Positions 25,181 through 37,645 of a DNA stretch of 64,000 bases are shown here, one piece after another. Below the pieces are notes generated by a model that was not told where the DNA came from, did no database searches, and was given only the letters and a program-made list of their open reading frames with translations. The position numbers were made by a program, and so were the translations under genes. The DNA is from Felis catus (taxonomy: Eukaryota), in the NCBI RefSeq assembly GCF_018350175.1, contig NC_058368.1, positions 17,796,001-17,860,000 of the forward strand, given 5' to 3'. How positions within the stretch are numbered: the first letter of the stretch is position 1; each line of letters opens with the position of its first letter.

Positions 25181-26725
25181 CCCCTGTGTTTCTGCTATTA
25201 GTATTCTTGTCATTGGTGTAATTCTAGGTGTTAACTCCCCATTTACTCCTGATTTCCTTAGACGTCATTACAGTGGGTAATTGTGGTTAACTTCTCTTCC
25301 AGTCCAACCTCATTAAATAATTCGTTTCACATTAGTCAGTTAACATACACAGAGATCGAAGGGGCGAAGTCTCATCATGGCTTCAAAGAGAAGGGACAGA
25401 GACCACATAAACCATAGGCTAACTGGCATGAGATATTTTAGAGAAAGCAACCTGGAGAGACAGTACGGTGATGTGGCACACCTTACGAAGGAGAGGTGAC
25501 CATAAGGGGTGGAGGAAGAGGACAGGCTTGAGGACAGATTTTGCCAACTCCGCAGTTTCTCTCGGGTTGACTGAAATCAGAGCTTTGGGGAGGGGGGACA
25601 CTACATACTCTTGTTTCAAAAATAAAGGGCGGATGCCTTTTTTCTCCAGTTGAAACTTTTGATATGGGAGGAAAAACCTATCCCCTTCCTAATACATTGC
25701 TTAAATATTCTCGTTTATCAATTTTAGGTTTCTTGGCGGGGGGGGGCGGAGTAAGTATCAAATAGTCTTCCATGGTTGAGGAAGAGAACTGAGTCATTGA
25801 AGAAACTGAAAGGCTTGAAAATTTCAATAAGTATACTGCTAAACTGTTTAAAACTACCCCCCCCCCCCGCCAAATTCTTATTTCCTATTTGGAAACACAT
25901 CTCTAAGCATTAAGAAATTCTGAGTAAATTCTACAATGTAAGAAGCTCTTAGACAAATTTTAATAACAACAACAAAAACACCAATGCTTCCACATGGAGA
26001 GAAATCTTCTGCGAAGATCTGTGGTCCCGTTAAAATATCATCGTAACCCAAATTTCGGAAACGCTAAGGGTTGGAATGGGCACCAAGTGGCCACAAAGGC
26101 AAGGAATGCAGTTAAACCACAGAAGCCCTCGGCTGGGAATCCAGAGACAGAACCGATGTGGGATGTGGGGCTGATCAGTTGTTTGTGGCTTTGCCCAAGT
26201 GCCCTCAGTTTTTCGGTATGTGCGTAACACTGCAAGGGCTGGAATTAAAGACCTCAGAGGTGTCTTTGAGTTCTGGGATTCCATTTCCAATTTCTTTCCT
26301 TGCACTGAGCATTTTTGCTGTGTCACCCTCCAGGACTTCTCTGCATTATTGGTACTACTGGCAACACTCTCCTTCTGAAAACTCCTTCCCTGGCTTTTAT
26401 TGTGAGGGCAGCTCGGGGTCTCATCCCACAGACTCCTGTCCTCAATCATGGCTGGCCCTCATGGCTCTATTCCTAAACGGCCACTCTCTCTTTGTCTCCT
26501 GTTTCAAAAAGCAGACCATTTCTTTTGTCTTCCACCAGTACCTCTACATCAGTAACTTCCAAACCCCTATCTCTAGGCCTAATGATGTCACATCACGTAT
26601 CGAAAATGGGCTAGGGGACAGACTTGGGGATTTAACGGTAATTGGAGATGTTCTTTGACACAGGGCTTTGTAAAGACCTGCTGAAAATAACTTTTCCTGT
26701 TTTGCCAATTAAAACCATAAGATGA

Positions 26726-26956
26726 GGGGCGCCTGGGTGGCTCAGTCGGTTGAGCGTTGGACTTTGACTCAGGTCACATTCTCGTGGCTCATGGGTTCGA
26801 GCCCCGTGTCAGGCTCTGTGCTGACAACTCAGAGCCCGGTGCCTGCTTCAGATTCTGTGTCTCCCTCTGTTTCTGCCTCTCCTTCGCTCACACTCTGTCT
26901 CTCTCCGTCTCTCAATAAATAAACAAATAAATGTTAAAAAAAATTTTTTTTTTTAA
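26726..26956 (+). mobile_element. Can-SINE
   Basis: TSD ataagatgag. Confidence 0.95.
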
Positions 26957-28149
26957 ATAAGATGAGAGAGGTCAGATTATTCACCCATCCAGCTACTAAG
27001 TTGGACCTTACCAAAATTAACAGGACCGTGCCCAGGCCCAGGGCAGAGAAGATGTAAATAAACTTTTGTTAAAGCATTCTTTGGAATCCCTGCCAGCTGG
27101 GATATTAAAAGAGACAAATCATCTGAGTAAGTACTCAGGGGTTGGTGATTACATAGTACTTGTTTTCTATAATTTACGTGATAGGGCTTTCCAAACAGTT
27201 ATTCAATCACCTAGTAAGCACATATTTGGTACAGCCTGCATGTTTGCTGCAGAATAAAATGAATAAAAAATGTACAGTCAGAAGAACCTGGCCTCTTCAA
27301 ATGGCAGTTCAGCGTCCTTCAAGAAAACGTGCTACCTTAGAGGACATCAAAGTCTGTTTGAAAGACAAACAGCTTCTCCAAAATGGGTCTTCAAAGATGG
27401 CAAGGTACAGCGGGACAGCTTTAAATTCAGGCTTTTTTTCTATGGTACTTTAAGTATAACAGATGGATCTTCATAATTAGCATCACATTTGCATTTTTCC
27501 CTCCACCAAAAAAAGAGCTAATAATCTTAGAAGGAGAATTAAAAAGCATCATTCCATCATATTTTATTGATCTTATTTATAATTTGCATGCCGAGTCTTT
27601 TTTATGGTCCCTCTTACTTGCAACCCCGCTGCCTAGAAGATGAGCAAATTTACAAATGAGGAAATGTGTCCTCAGGAGCACAAACTTGAAAACGACTTTA
27701 GGACTAGAACTAACCGGAAAGCCCTGATAATGTAGAAGAAATGAGGAGATTTGGGTGCAGCTTTGAGCCCACCGATGTAATTCCCTCCAATAGAATAGGC
27801 CTTTTTATCTCTTATGTACATTTCTGTGAGACTTCCGTTCTCTCCTTGTGCTATATAACTCCCACCACGCAGAACCATTCAGTTTAAAAGTGCTATTAGA
27901 TAAATTAAATCATCAAACAAATTGCCCTCACAGGCAAGTTCTCCTGGTCAATGGCTTGAGACAGCAGGTGCCCGAACCAGGGAAGCGCACAGGGCTCGAG
28001 CAGTGGAGCCCTTTGCAGCAGTGAGTACAAAGGAAGAGGTCCTGGGGCATCGTGCATGGGAGAAAACATACCCCAAGAGAGCCAGGCCAGGGAAAACAAG
28101 GATTGTATCCCACCCTGTGTATTACAGTTGACATCTTGATAAGCTTCCT

Positions 28150-28290
28150 GACTTCCCCATGAGGCTGATTTCATCCTTAGTTTGCAGATGGAGAAACTAA
28201 GACTCAGAGGAGTGCAACATCTCTCCCAAACATTCTCATAAAGTGACAAAGAATGGTTTTGATGTAGGCTCTGCCCAAAAGCAAACTTCC
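28150..28290 (-). mobile_element. MIR fragment
   Basis: catccttagtttgcagatggagaaactaagactcagagg. Confidence 0.6.
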
Positions 28291-28399
28291 GATCGTGACT
28301 CCCGTGGCACTTTGACCTGCCAACTACATACAATCATTTGGCTCCAGTAATGGCTTTGCTTTGATTCATTTATACCCAATTCTCCATAATCAATAACAT

Positions 28400-28541
28400 A
28401 ACTTTGTAAGTCACCTGCGTAGGGATCAGGAGTGTAATCGATGGCCATGAAACAAGAGAAGATAAACTGGTCCACAGGGAAATTAAACCCTTGACCTTAA
28501 GCTCTTGAGGGCTGATTTCTAACCAAGTCACTTAATTAGCC
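28400..28541 (-). mobile_element. MamSINE1-like ancient tRNA-derived SINE relic
   Basis: Minus strand ggctaattaagtgacttggttaga...aaggtcaagggtttaatttccctgtggaccagtttatcttc parallels tRNA-Ile-type head; left boundary uncertain. Confidence 0.55.
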
Positions 28542-28753
28542 ACAGACTATTAAATGAACAAATTGAGGTCCAAATCCTTTCAAACCACAAATCTAAGCTG
28601 ACCCTTTCTAGGAGCACAGAGTTAACCTGCACTGTTTTGAGTGTGGTCCCATTTGTCACAATGCAGGCCCTCTGAGTGTCCCCAAACTATAAGCGAAAAT
28701 CGTAATCTTATCTGGACATCCACTTGAAGTAATAATGCCTATGCTTTGCTACT

Positions 28754-28755
28754 TT

Positions 28756-28811
<56 letters not shown>

Positions 28812-28813
28812 TC
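28754..28813. repeat. (TTTC)15 microsatellite
   Basis: Direct read. Confidence 0.96.
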
Positions 28814-29193
28814 CGTTGAAGATGTTATATCTAGCCTAGGAATCAGGGTCTTTAAAAGAACTGTAGTCAAAGTGCCAATTTTTCATTAGATTCATTAAAT
28901 CCCACCTCAAAGGCAAAATCAGACCTCAAATTCTTGAGTTGGAGAGTATCCGTTCATTTTGTGTCCAAAATGGCAAGCAACAGCACCCTACCCAGAACTG
29001 CCGAGATCTGTAAGCCCAGAAAGCCCGACAAAGGACTCCCCTTCCCAAACCCGTTGCTCCTGGGCTTTGGGCCTCTTCAACAGCACACTGAGCAGGTTCT
29101 CCACATACGCTCAGTCCTCGCCACCCACTTCTCATCTGAACCAGTCACTTCAGGGGTGAGGTCTTGAAGGGCAGAGGAGGAAAAGAGAAGGAA

Positions 29194-29209
29194 GCCACTA
29201 GAGGGCGTG
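29194..29209 (+). promoter_or_regulatory. CTCF core motif
   Basis: gCCACTAGAGGGCGtg closely matches CCACYAGRGGGCGC. Confidence 0.55.
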
Positions 29210-29724
29210 GCATCCTCCAGCGGGTACAGTGTGTGGGCCATTGCTCTCCTCCACTCTCCATAAACTCCCCATAATTTTGAAAGGGCTAGAAAGTGAGAAA
29301 CAGAAAGGCTAAAGGGCAGGAAGGCAGACAGGAAGGGAAGGGAACTCCTTTGGGGTTGTTTTTCCATTCTTCCTCCCTCAGTTCAAATCCTTTCTATCTT
29401 TCTATCTTTCCTTTCTATCTTTCTTTCTATCTCCTTTCTATCTTCATTGTAATTCCTGGCATTACGCTCGTACCAAATGCCTCATCTCCTCCACAGTAGC
29501 AAGCCCAGGGCCATGGCAATCACACATTCAGATCTGTGGGCATCTCCTCAAGGCACAGATCTCAAAGCCACAGAGTTTCAGCCAAGACCAGATTTGTCGG
29601 TTGCATTTAATTTAGAAGTCTATCTTTTCATAGAAATAATGTTCTCCAAGGTGACTAAGTTTGATAGAATGGTTATTCCGAGTGCATTCTGATTTAAATA
29701 GGCTTTTGTGTGCTGGATTTAGAT

Positions 29725-29954
29725 TTTTTTTTTAATTTTCTTATTAATGTTTTTATTTATTTTTGAGACAGAGAGAGAGACACAGCATGAGCAGGGGAGG
29801 GGCAGAGAGAGAGAGGGAGACACAGAATCTGAAGCAGGCTCCAGGCTCTGAGCTGTCAGCACAGACCCTGACACGGGGCTCGAACTCACAGACCGTGAGA
29901 TCGTGACCTGAGCCGAAGTTGGACGCTCAACCGACCGAGCCGCCCAGGCGCCCC
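29725..29954 (-). mobile_element. Can-SINE
   Basis: TSD tggatttagat. Confidence 0.96.
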
Positions 29955-30930
29955 TGGATTTAGATCTTAAACAGCATTAACGTAACATTCTGAGTTCCAG
30001 TGTTTCTGCGGGGGAGCCTTGCCTGTAATACATTGTGCACATTTATTCATCAAGTAGAAAAATGAGGAAGAGTGTGAAATTGAGAAAGCACTTGGAAGAG
30101 GCAGGAACAATGTTAGCTAAAGAATCTGGTACATTGAATAGTTTCTGTAATGATAAAAAGTAAGACCAGGCATTACATGCTCTAGAAATTCATCATTTCC
30201 TCCAATATCTCAACTTTCATTTTCTGTAAACAATGTACAACTTTATGTACAAAATTGCTATCATAATGTCTGATGGTTACTCTATGTTTAGACATGGGAA
30301 AGCCTTATTAATAGAAATCACATGGCTATAATTCTTTTTAATGGAATTTGGGGCTGTTTAAACCATCATTCATGAGAGGAACTCTAAATCCAGAAAGGTG
30401 ATGAATTCTGATTTACTTATGCTAATCTGACAAGATCCGTTGGAAATACTTAAACTGCCTGTAACAGAAATCATTTACTGGAAGGCTATCATAAATTCCT
30501 TAATGAGTTTATTTCAGGACTAAAAGGGAAGAGTAATGCTCTGTTTTTTGAAGGGAAAACAACTAATAGGATTGGATTTGCAATGAGAAGAGCCTGAGGG
30601 GAAGTTGGCCAGTTGGAGCTGCAAAACCATGTGAGCAGGTGCATCAGGAGTCATCTGATCTGAGAGACCCTGATGCCAACACAGTCATACCTCCTAAAAC
30701 TGCTTCAACCATGTGGGTGCAAAAAATGGAACCTTATTTCTGGTTTGCAGTTTCAGTAGAGCCAAAGAAGGTGCTACTTAGCTCACGGTTAGAGGGAGCA
30801 GCTTTTCAAAGGCATCTGACACATCTACTGCTCATTGAAACAGAAGTCCAAGTCAACTAGAAATTGAGCTGATGAGCAGTGATATTCCTTACTGTATTTC
30901 ATGACAGTTGCACTTAAATATGCACTAAGC

Positions 30931-31142
30931 GGGGCGCCTGGGTGGCTCTGTCGGTTGAGCCTCTGACTTTGGCTCAGTTCGTGATCTCACAGTTCAGGGG
31001 TTCAAGCCCTGCATCAGGATCTGGGCTGACAGCTAGGAGCCTGGAGCCTGCTTCAGCTTCTGTGTCTCCCTCTCTCTCTGCCCCTCCCCCACTCCCCCCC
31101 ATCTCTCGAAAATAAACATTTAAAAAATTAAAAATAAATAAA
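30931..31142 (+). mobile_element. Can-SINE
   Basis: 16-bp TSD taaatatgcac(t/c)aagc. Confidence 0.95.
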
Positions 31143-31339
31143 TAAATATGCACCAAGCACATAGATGTTTGAAATGTACTTTAATGTCAAACCCAAGAAA
31201 TTAACACCTAATTCTAAATCAGCTAAGCTAATAAAGAAATTTTTACTTTTATAAAGGGCTACAAGGACTATAATTTTTCTACAATATTATTTACAAAAGT
31301 TGATGTCCAATTTTGCCATTTAAGAAATATCATGACTAT

Positions 31340-31545
31340 GGGGCGCCTGGGTGACTGGGTTGGTTAAGCACCGACCGGCTCAGGTCATGATCTTGCAGTT
31401 CATGGGTTCGGGTCCCGCATGGGGCTCTGTGCTGACAGTGTGGAGCCTGGAGCCTGCTTCTGATTCTGGGTCTCCCTCTTTCTCTGCCCCTCCCCCATTG
31501 TGCTCTGTCTCTTGACAATAAACGTCAAAAATTTTTTTTAATTAA
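31340..31545 (+). mobile_element. Can-SINE
   Basis: TSD aaatatcatgactat. Confidence 0.95.
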
Positions 31546-32734
31546 AAATATCATGACTATGAAATATTTAACACTCACTTCAAGGTTTAGAATGAAAAAT
31601 GAGCCTAAATTTATGTTACACACTGCTCTACCTTGAATTTATATGGTGGAGCTTATTTTTAGGGACAAAATGTAAGAGGGATATATAGATAACGAGCCAA
31701 ATATTCAAGTAGCTAAGCTTTTTATCTCTGTAGGCACTATCAGAAGCTGCACTGAAAAGTGAGGGAGACTCTGCCAACCTAGAGGTAATATAACTCTATC
31801 TGTGATTCAATTGCTAAATCCACCCAAAGCTAATAGTGAAGGATTCAATGATTGTGAAGGGAAAAAATAAATAAGAAAGAATTCCAAATTAAAATGGAAT
31901 AGTTTGGTAATTTCTACTAGCTCTGCATCAGATTTACCATCCCTGGTTTCTTACTCTGGAATCTCACTTATCCACAAATACCTATCTGGCAATGTCACCT
32001 ACTTGAAACATAACAGAACCGGTGAGTTAAGTCACAAGATAGAAGCACCAGAACGCTCCGCTGTGCTTTGGAGGAGAGCTTCTTTGCCAACGACTTCAAA
32101 GATTATTTGCTTTTACACTTTACCTAAAATTATGACAGGCCTAGTGACCTATTTTCTAAATCCAAAGAATATTAGAAGCCATAAGTAAGTGGGGGTTAGG
32201 ACTTGCAATGAGAACAGAGAGAAATAATGGCCACGACAGTAGAGAAAATAGAAAATATACTAAAACTGGCCAATAAAAAGCACAATATTCTGGAAGGTGA
32301 GCAAGATCTACCATAGCCCAGTAGGTCCTGCGGGCATCACAGTATTCCATACATGGCAGAATGGATAGTTGTTCTGATGTCTCATTCATTCGAGAAAGTT
32401 CATATTTTGTTTGGTTCGTCCATTTAACAAGTCATGAACGTGCTAAGTCATTTGAGGAAAGTATCCACTTAAAAGGCTTAAAACAGTATCTGCACGTATG
32501 TGCGTATGTGTGCAAGTGTGGACTGATGCGTAGGTACATCTCCCTATCTCTCCACCTATCTATTGAGAGAGATGCTTACATTCTTAAAAATTCAAACTGA
32601 TTTTCATGAATTCAGTTTTCAATTCGTTACCTACCTCTTATATTTAGCAGTGTTTGGAATACATAAATAAAAATAAGAAGAAAACAAATCTTCTTTATTA
32701 GTTATATATAAAGTCCTACATACTATGGTAGTTT

Positions 32735-32920
32735 CTTTTCATGTATTATTTCTCATTCTCTAAATAGCAGAGAAAAGTAGGTCGTGTTATCTCTGTTTTC
32801 TCAATGAAAATCTGGTCTCAGAAAAGGTGGATAACTTGGCCTAAGTTTAGAGTCATAGGACCAGAATCTGGAGGAAAACATAGGACTGACTTACTCCACA
32901 GTTCATGCTCTTATCACAAC
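32735..32920 (-). mobile_element. MIR fragment
   Basis: ttatctctgttttctcaatgaaaatctggtctcagaaaaggtggataacttggcctaag. Confidence 0.6.
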
Positions 32921-33313
32921 ACTAATGTCTGTCCTGTTAGCACTCAGTGGGTAGTTTCTTAACTTGAACCATTAAATAGCGGGGTGTGATCTAGGAGAAT
33001 GTCACTTCTATAGGTCAAAAGCAGTCAAATAGCAAGTTCATAAGGCTATAGCTAACAGGATACATTTCAAAGCATTATGGACCATTTTGTGACCTGTTAC
33101 CTTCTCTATATTCTATTCTACTTAGGCTAGTTATATAAACAGATGAGATTGTAAGTATAAAGTAACTGGATAGTGGTGACCCTGGAATGAGAAGTATCAT
33201 TGATATTCCAATGGAAACCATGGTGATGAAAACAAAGTTGATATTTGAAAGGTCACATATTCAGATACCCAATCAGCACAAATTTCAGCATGAAGAGTTT
33301 AATTTTCACTCAC

Positions 33314-33440
33314 CTAGAATTTAGATAGTATTTGATTCCTATTACCCAGAAGATGGCTGGTTGTCGGTTTTAGGATCTCAGGAAGTTTCCACAAAAGCTG
33401 ATCTGGAAGTTGTCAGGTTTTTCTTCCACTCATGAGTTCC
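33314..33440 (-). other. Candidate non-coding (first?) exon; 5' end uncertain
   Basis: Strong donor TAG|GTGAGT at 33314/33313; ETS motifs caggaagt (33379) and ctggaagt (33403); no clear acceptor, (AAAC)n lies upstream. Confidence 0.35.
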
Positions 33441-33441
33441 A

Positions 33442-33476
33442 TTTTGTTGTTTGTTTGTTTGTTTGTTTGTTTGTTT
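33442..33476. repeat. (TTTG)n
   Basis: Direct read. Confidence 0.9.
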
Positions 33477-34010
33477 AGCATGAGGGTAGGGTAGTTATAA
33501 ATAGTTTGCAGAGCCAATGGAAGAAATTATTAAGTTATCTGGTAAAAGAAAATACCTTTGGTTTATTCTGCAGCAACAAAGATATTGGGTAATTGGCAAT
33601 GGAAAAAAAAATCAAATGCCATTATTATTTTACTGTAAGTAAATTTCTTTCTCAGCTTGGTGTATGCTTTTTGTTTTAAAAAAGATCAAGATTTATAATA
33701 ATTGATCATCTATTCTGCTAAATAACTGACCTGCATTCAATCTGTTACGTAACTTAGCCAAAGAGAGAAGTGTTTGTAAGATTTCACTATACCAAATGCT
33801 TATACTATTTGTAGGCTATGAAACGAGCTTGTTTTATACTGACGTATATGGTATTCAGAAGATTAAAGGAGTACATTTGAAAGTACATAAAGCGGTTTAT
33901 AACCAAGCATGTTATTGTAATGGCAGTTTAATTTTTAACAGGTTCTATTAGCTTGTGTCCTTACTGCTAATGTTCTCCTTCCAACACGTCTTCTAGAATT
34001 AAACAAAATA

Positions 34011-34240
34011 GGGGGCCATCTGGGTGGCTCAGTTGGTTGAGTGTCCAATTCTTGACGCTCATCGGTTCAGGTCGTGACTTCATGGTTCATGGGATCAAGC
34101 CCCATGTCTGGCTCTGTGCTGACCACACGGAGCCTTTTTAGGATAATCTCTCTTTTCTGCCTCTTTTTCTGCCCCTAACCTGCTTGTGCAAGCTCTCTCA
34201 AAATAAAATTAATAATTAAACAAAACAAAACAAAACAAAG
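34011..34240 (+). mobile_element. Can-SINE (older, diverged)
   Basis: tgggtggctcagttggttgagtgtcc head, A-rich/(CAAAA)n tail. Confidence 0.9.
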
Positions 34241-34414
34241 AATAAAACCAAAAGGTTTTATTTTCTTGTTTGTTTGTTTTCAGCCTTATCAAATTATACC
34301 CTTCACTCATATTCTTAAGATCTGAGTATATTCAAACATTCCTGTTAAATTTGGGAGAAGAAATCCTATCTAAGAATAGTAATAGAACTACAGAAAGCAG
34401 AAGCATGAAAGTAT

Positions 34415-34417
<3 letters not shown>

Positions 34418-34459
<42 letters not shown>
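34418..34459. repeat. (GT)21 microsatellite
   Basis: Direct read. Confidence 0.96.
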
Positions 34460-34464
<5 letters not shown>

Positions 34465-35397
34465 GTATGTATTTCTCTCTTTTAAGAATAGATGGGCTTA
34501 AAAAATATTTTTGGATCAGGGCCATGAACCGAATGAACATTGACCTCATGGAGCCCCAGGCAGACTCCTGCATGTTAAAGGAACAAAAGCTTTTCCATAG
34601 AAAATTTGTTATGTACAGCTAGTTCATGTTAAAAAAAAAAAAAAAAAGGAGTATAAAACAGTGTAAAAGAGGTCAATTGAATTACACCAGCTGGTCCCAC
34701 TCCCTACCAGGCTGCAGAGGGAAGTGAGGCAATCCACAGGATACCTGAGATTTAATCCAGACAAAGCTTCACCAAAAAAGAAAATCCATACAGTGAATTG
34801 TGCTAAAAAAAAAAAAAAAAAATCAGCCAGCCTAGATTATGGAGTCCTAATAGAAATTAACATTTTAATAATAATGTTCAATGTTTGCCCTTCAAGAGAA
34901 GCTCTTCCATAAGCCAGTCAGCCTGGGTTTTGACACAAATTGCTGAACTCAGAAATACCACCTTCAATTTAGAGCAGAGGAAGAGGCGACCTGCATTTCA
35001 GTTACTGCAAAAGTAAGAACACAGTTGCCAATATTACAAGGATGTTTTGAAACCTTAGGTTGAGCAGTGAGGGAGACCCTCCTCTGTTTCTTCACAAACA
35101 CCAGTGCTCTGACAATGGGGTGATAGAGGGACTTTTACAGGGCTTTGATGTGGCCCATTATGATCCCCAGACGCCAGGCGTCTCACACATTTCTTCCTGC
35201 CTCCTGAAGTCTCCCCTTTAGAGTTAACACGTTGAAGACTGTAATTAAAGCTAAAGGAAGAGCAGTAGGAACGGAGGCCAGTGTATAAATGTGGGAGACG
35301 TTAAACAGAGCCACCCATTGATTGTATTAATTGGAAAGGCAGTTCAATTATAATACAATGTCTCCTTTTCTCTCTGTAACGCCCGCTCCTTGTTTAC

Positions 35398-35640
35398 CTG
35401 GCCCCATTCTCTAACGTTCTGATCCATCGTCTGGCTCTGTCCATCTGTCCCAGTTTCCTGCGCACCCCCCAGAGAGTGTGACCTTATTGCTACCCGGCGG
35501 AAAGGCAATAAATGCATCCGCCAAGGACAGCCTGGGGAAAACTGAAATGCCGGCAACAAAGAAGTCTCCCTGGAATCCTGACCTTTCAAAAGCTTTTTAT
35601 GGACACGTAGGATAAAGAGAAACCTGCTGATTTTGTTCAC
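35398..35640 (-). other. Candidate 243-nt exon, stop-free in phase 0
   Basis: tgtgtgtag|GTG ... CAG|GTAAAC; coincides with first 81 codons of ORF 35344-35640; unique CpG-retaining sequence; no recognisable homolog. Confidence 0.3.
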
Positions 35641-36423
35641 CTACACACACTGTGCAGAGCAACGCAAGAGGCCATTCTTTTTTTGGCTTTACCCTGGGAG
35701 TTGGGTCATTCTTCTACCTAAGAGAATACAATTCTCACTGAGGACCTCTACTTGAAGAACTACATTTAAGTGACAGCATTGTAGTTATGCCTTCAGGTCA
35801 GTCTTATTCAAATAAAATAAGTAACATATTGAATGTACATGGGTGCAGTAAAAAGGCAGCATCAGGCTAATTAGGATAGATTAATTAAGCTACATATATA
35901 GGATTTTTATTATAAGCCTTGAAGTATATCATGATGTGCATTTAAATTCACGCAGTGCCTTTCCTCTAAAAATAAGAAACTATTATCTTGAAAAGCAAAT
36001 AAAAACTTTTATGCAGCATGTTTTTTTTTTATAGTGCGGAATTAAAAAAAGAAAATCTTAGGTTAATAATGTAACTTTCATTAGCATGTGGCATTGGCAA
36101 GGCAAGTATGATGATCCCTGTTAAAGAGTACAAACTGATGTACAAAGGACCTAAATAAAAAGCAAGCTGCACAATTGGAAACAGACTGTCTCTACTTCTG
36201 CCTGGTCACCAGCATCCCTGAGGTGGCCATGCACTCTCCCATTCTCAAATTCAATTCCAGGGCTATGGGCTGGATAATATAGAGGCACCACTGTAAAGCC
36301 CTCACCGTGACTGGAGAGAAAACTCAACATGTGAGTCATGTGTGTGGTTATCTTTGAAGAGAAGAAGAATCTAACCTTCTTTTCAATAACACTTAACCAT
36401 CAGCACCCGAGAGAACTGGGAAA

Positions 36424-36447
36424 AGGCCAAAGTCAAGGTCAGGGCCA
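36424..36447 (+). promoter_or_regulatory. Tandem nuclear-receptor half-site array including TCAAGGTCA
   Basis: AGGCCA AAGTCA AGGTCA GGGCCA. Confidence 0.35.
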
Positions 36448-36939
36448 GAGGTTTTTAGTGCCCTCATGTGCGTGCTTGGCTATACTTCGGCTGACCTCTT
36501 TTACCTCATCCCCCAGGGAAATGCAATTGATTTTGGAATTATCAACTGCTTAGAAAAATCCAGCCCAGCTTCCATCCCCGTGGATAATCGGGAACTGATG
36601 TAAAATTAAGAATTCAAGGAATACTAGACCTCAAAATACCAGTATAACCTTCTACTCTGTCTCCATTGTAAAATATTATACCTCTGTAGGACAGGTTAAG
36701 AGCCCAGAATAACGTAACCAAGATTATCAAAACTTATAGTTAAGCTTTAAAACATAACCCAACATCGTTTAGTCTTCTGGGTTGGCGACACTCATATCCT
36801 CTCTCTATCATGTATACTTAAGAGTTGCAATCAAGGGATGTCTGGCTAAGAGTTGGGTTCACTTTAAGGATACGACTGAAGTTCTTCTTTCTTTAATTCC
36901 ATTTTAATACCACCCATTTAACATTACTACTTTAAATGA

Positions 36940-37112
36940 TTTTTTTTTCAGTTTATTTATTACTTGTATGTTTGTTTGTTTAGAATTCCAAGCAGGCTCC
37001 CCACTGTCAGCACAGAGCCTGGCACGGGGCTTGATCTCACGAACTATGAGATCATGACCTGAGCTGAGATCCAGAGTAGGACACTTAACCGACTGAGCCA
37101 CCCAGGTGCCCC
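36940..37112 (-). mobile_element. Can-SINE lacking CT tract
   Basis: Head intact; body joins tail directly at agaattccaagcagg. Confidence 0.92.
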
Positions 37113-37420
37113 TAATAATAATACTTGAAAGAGCTGCTTTAAGTAAATAGAATGAATTTATTATTTTACATATTCATCACTTTTGGCTTCCTAGTGATAC
37201 TGTGTAGAGAATGAAGATGACAGTATTTTCATCCAAAAGGTCACAATGTTACCACTGCTGGCATTTTAACTCATTTGGAAAACTAAATGTTACCACTATA
37301 TTATTATAGAATGCCCTTCACTTTTTTTCTTCTCATTATTGTAGCTTCAGAGATTCTGTTAGTAAACATCAAGTGGTTTTCAGTTTTTTGATGACTAAAT
37401 CATTAAATAAAATTCACTGA

Positions 37421-37645
37421 GGGGCGCCTTGGGTGGCTCAGTCGGTTAAGCATCTGACTCCCGCTCAGGTCATGATCTCCTGGTTCGTGAGTTCGAGCCC
37501 CGCGTCGGACTCTGTGCTGACAGCTCAGAGCCTGGAGCCTGCTTCGGATTCTGCATCTCCCTCTTTCTCGGTCTCTCCCCCTCTTGTGCTCTGTCTCTCT
37601 CTCTCTCAAAAATAAATTAACATTAAACAATTTTTTAAATAAATC
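37421..37645 (+). mobile_element. Can-SINE
   Basis: TSD aataaaattcactga. Confidence 0.96.

Noticed and set aside
25994..26658. Overlapping 77-166 aa ORFs
   Set aside because: No homology recognised, no clear splice boundaries; part looks like decayed L2-type sequence
27270..27476. Protein-like plus-strand ORF (MAVQRPSRKRATLED...)
   Set aside because: No pyrimidine tract, weak donor, no recognisable family
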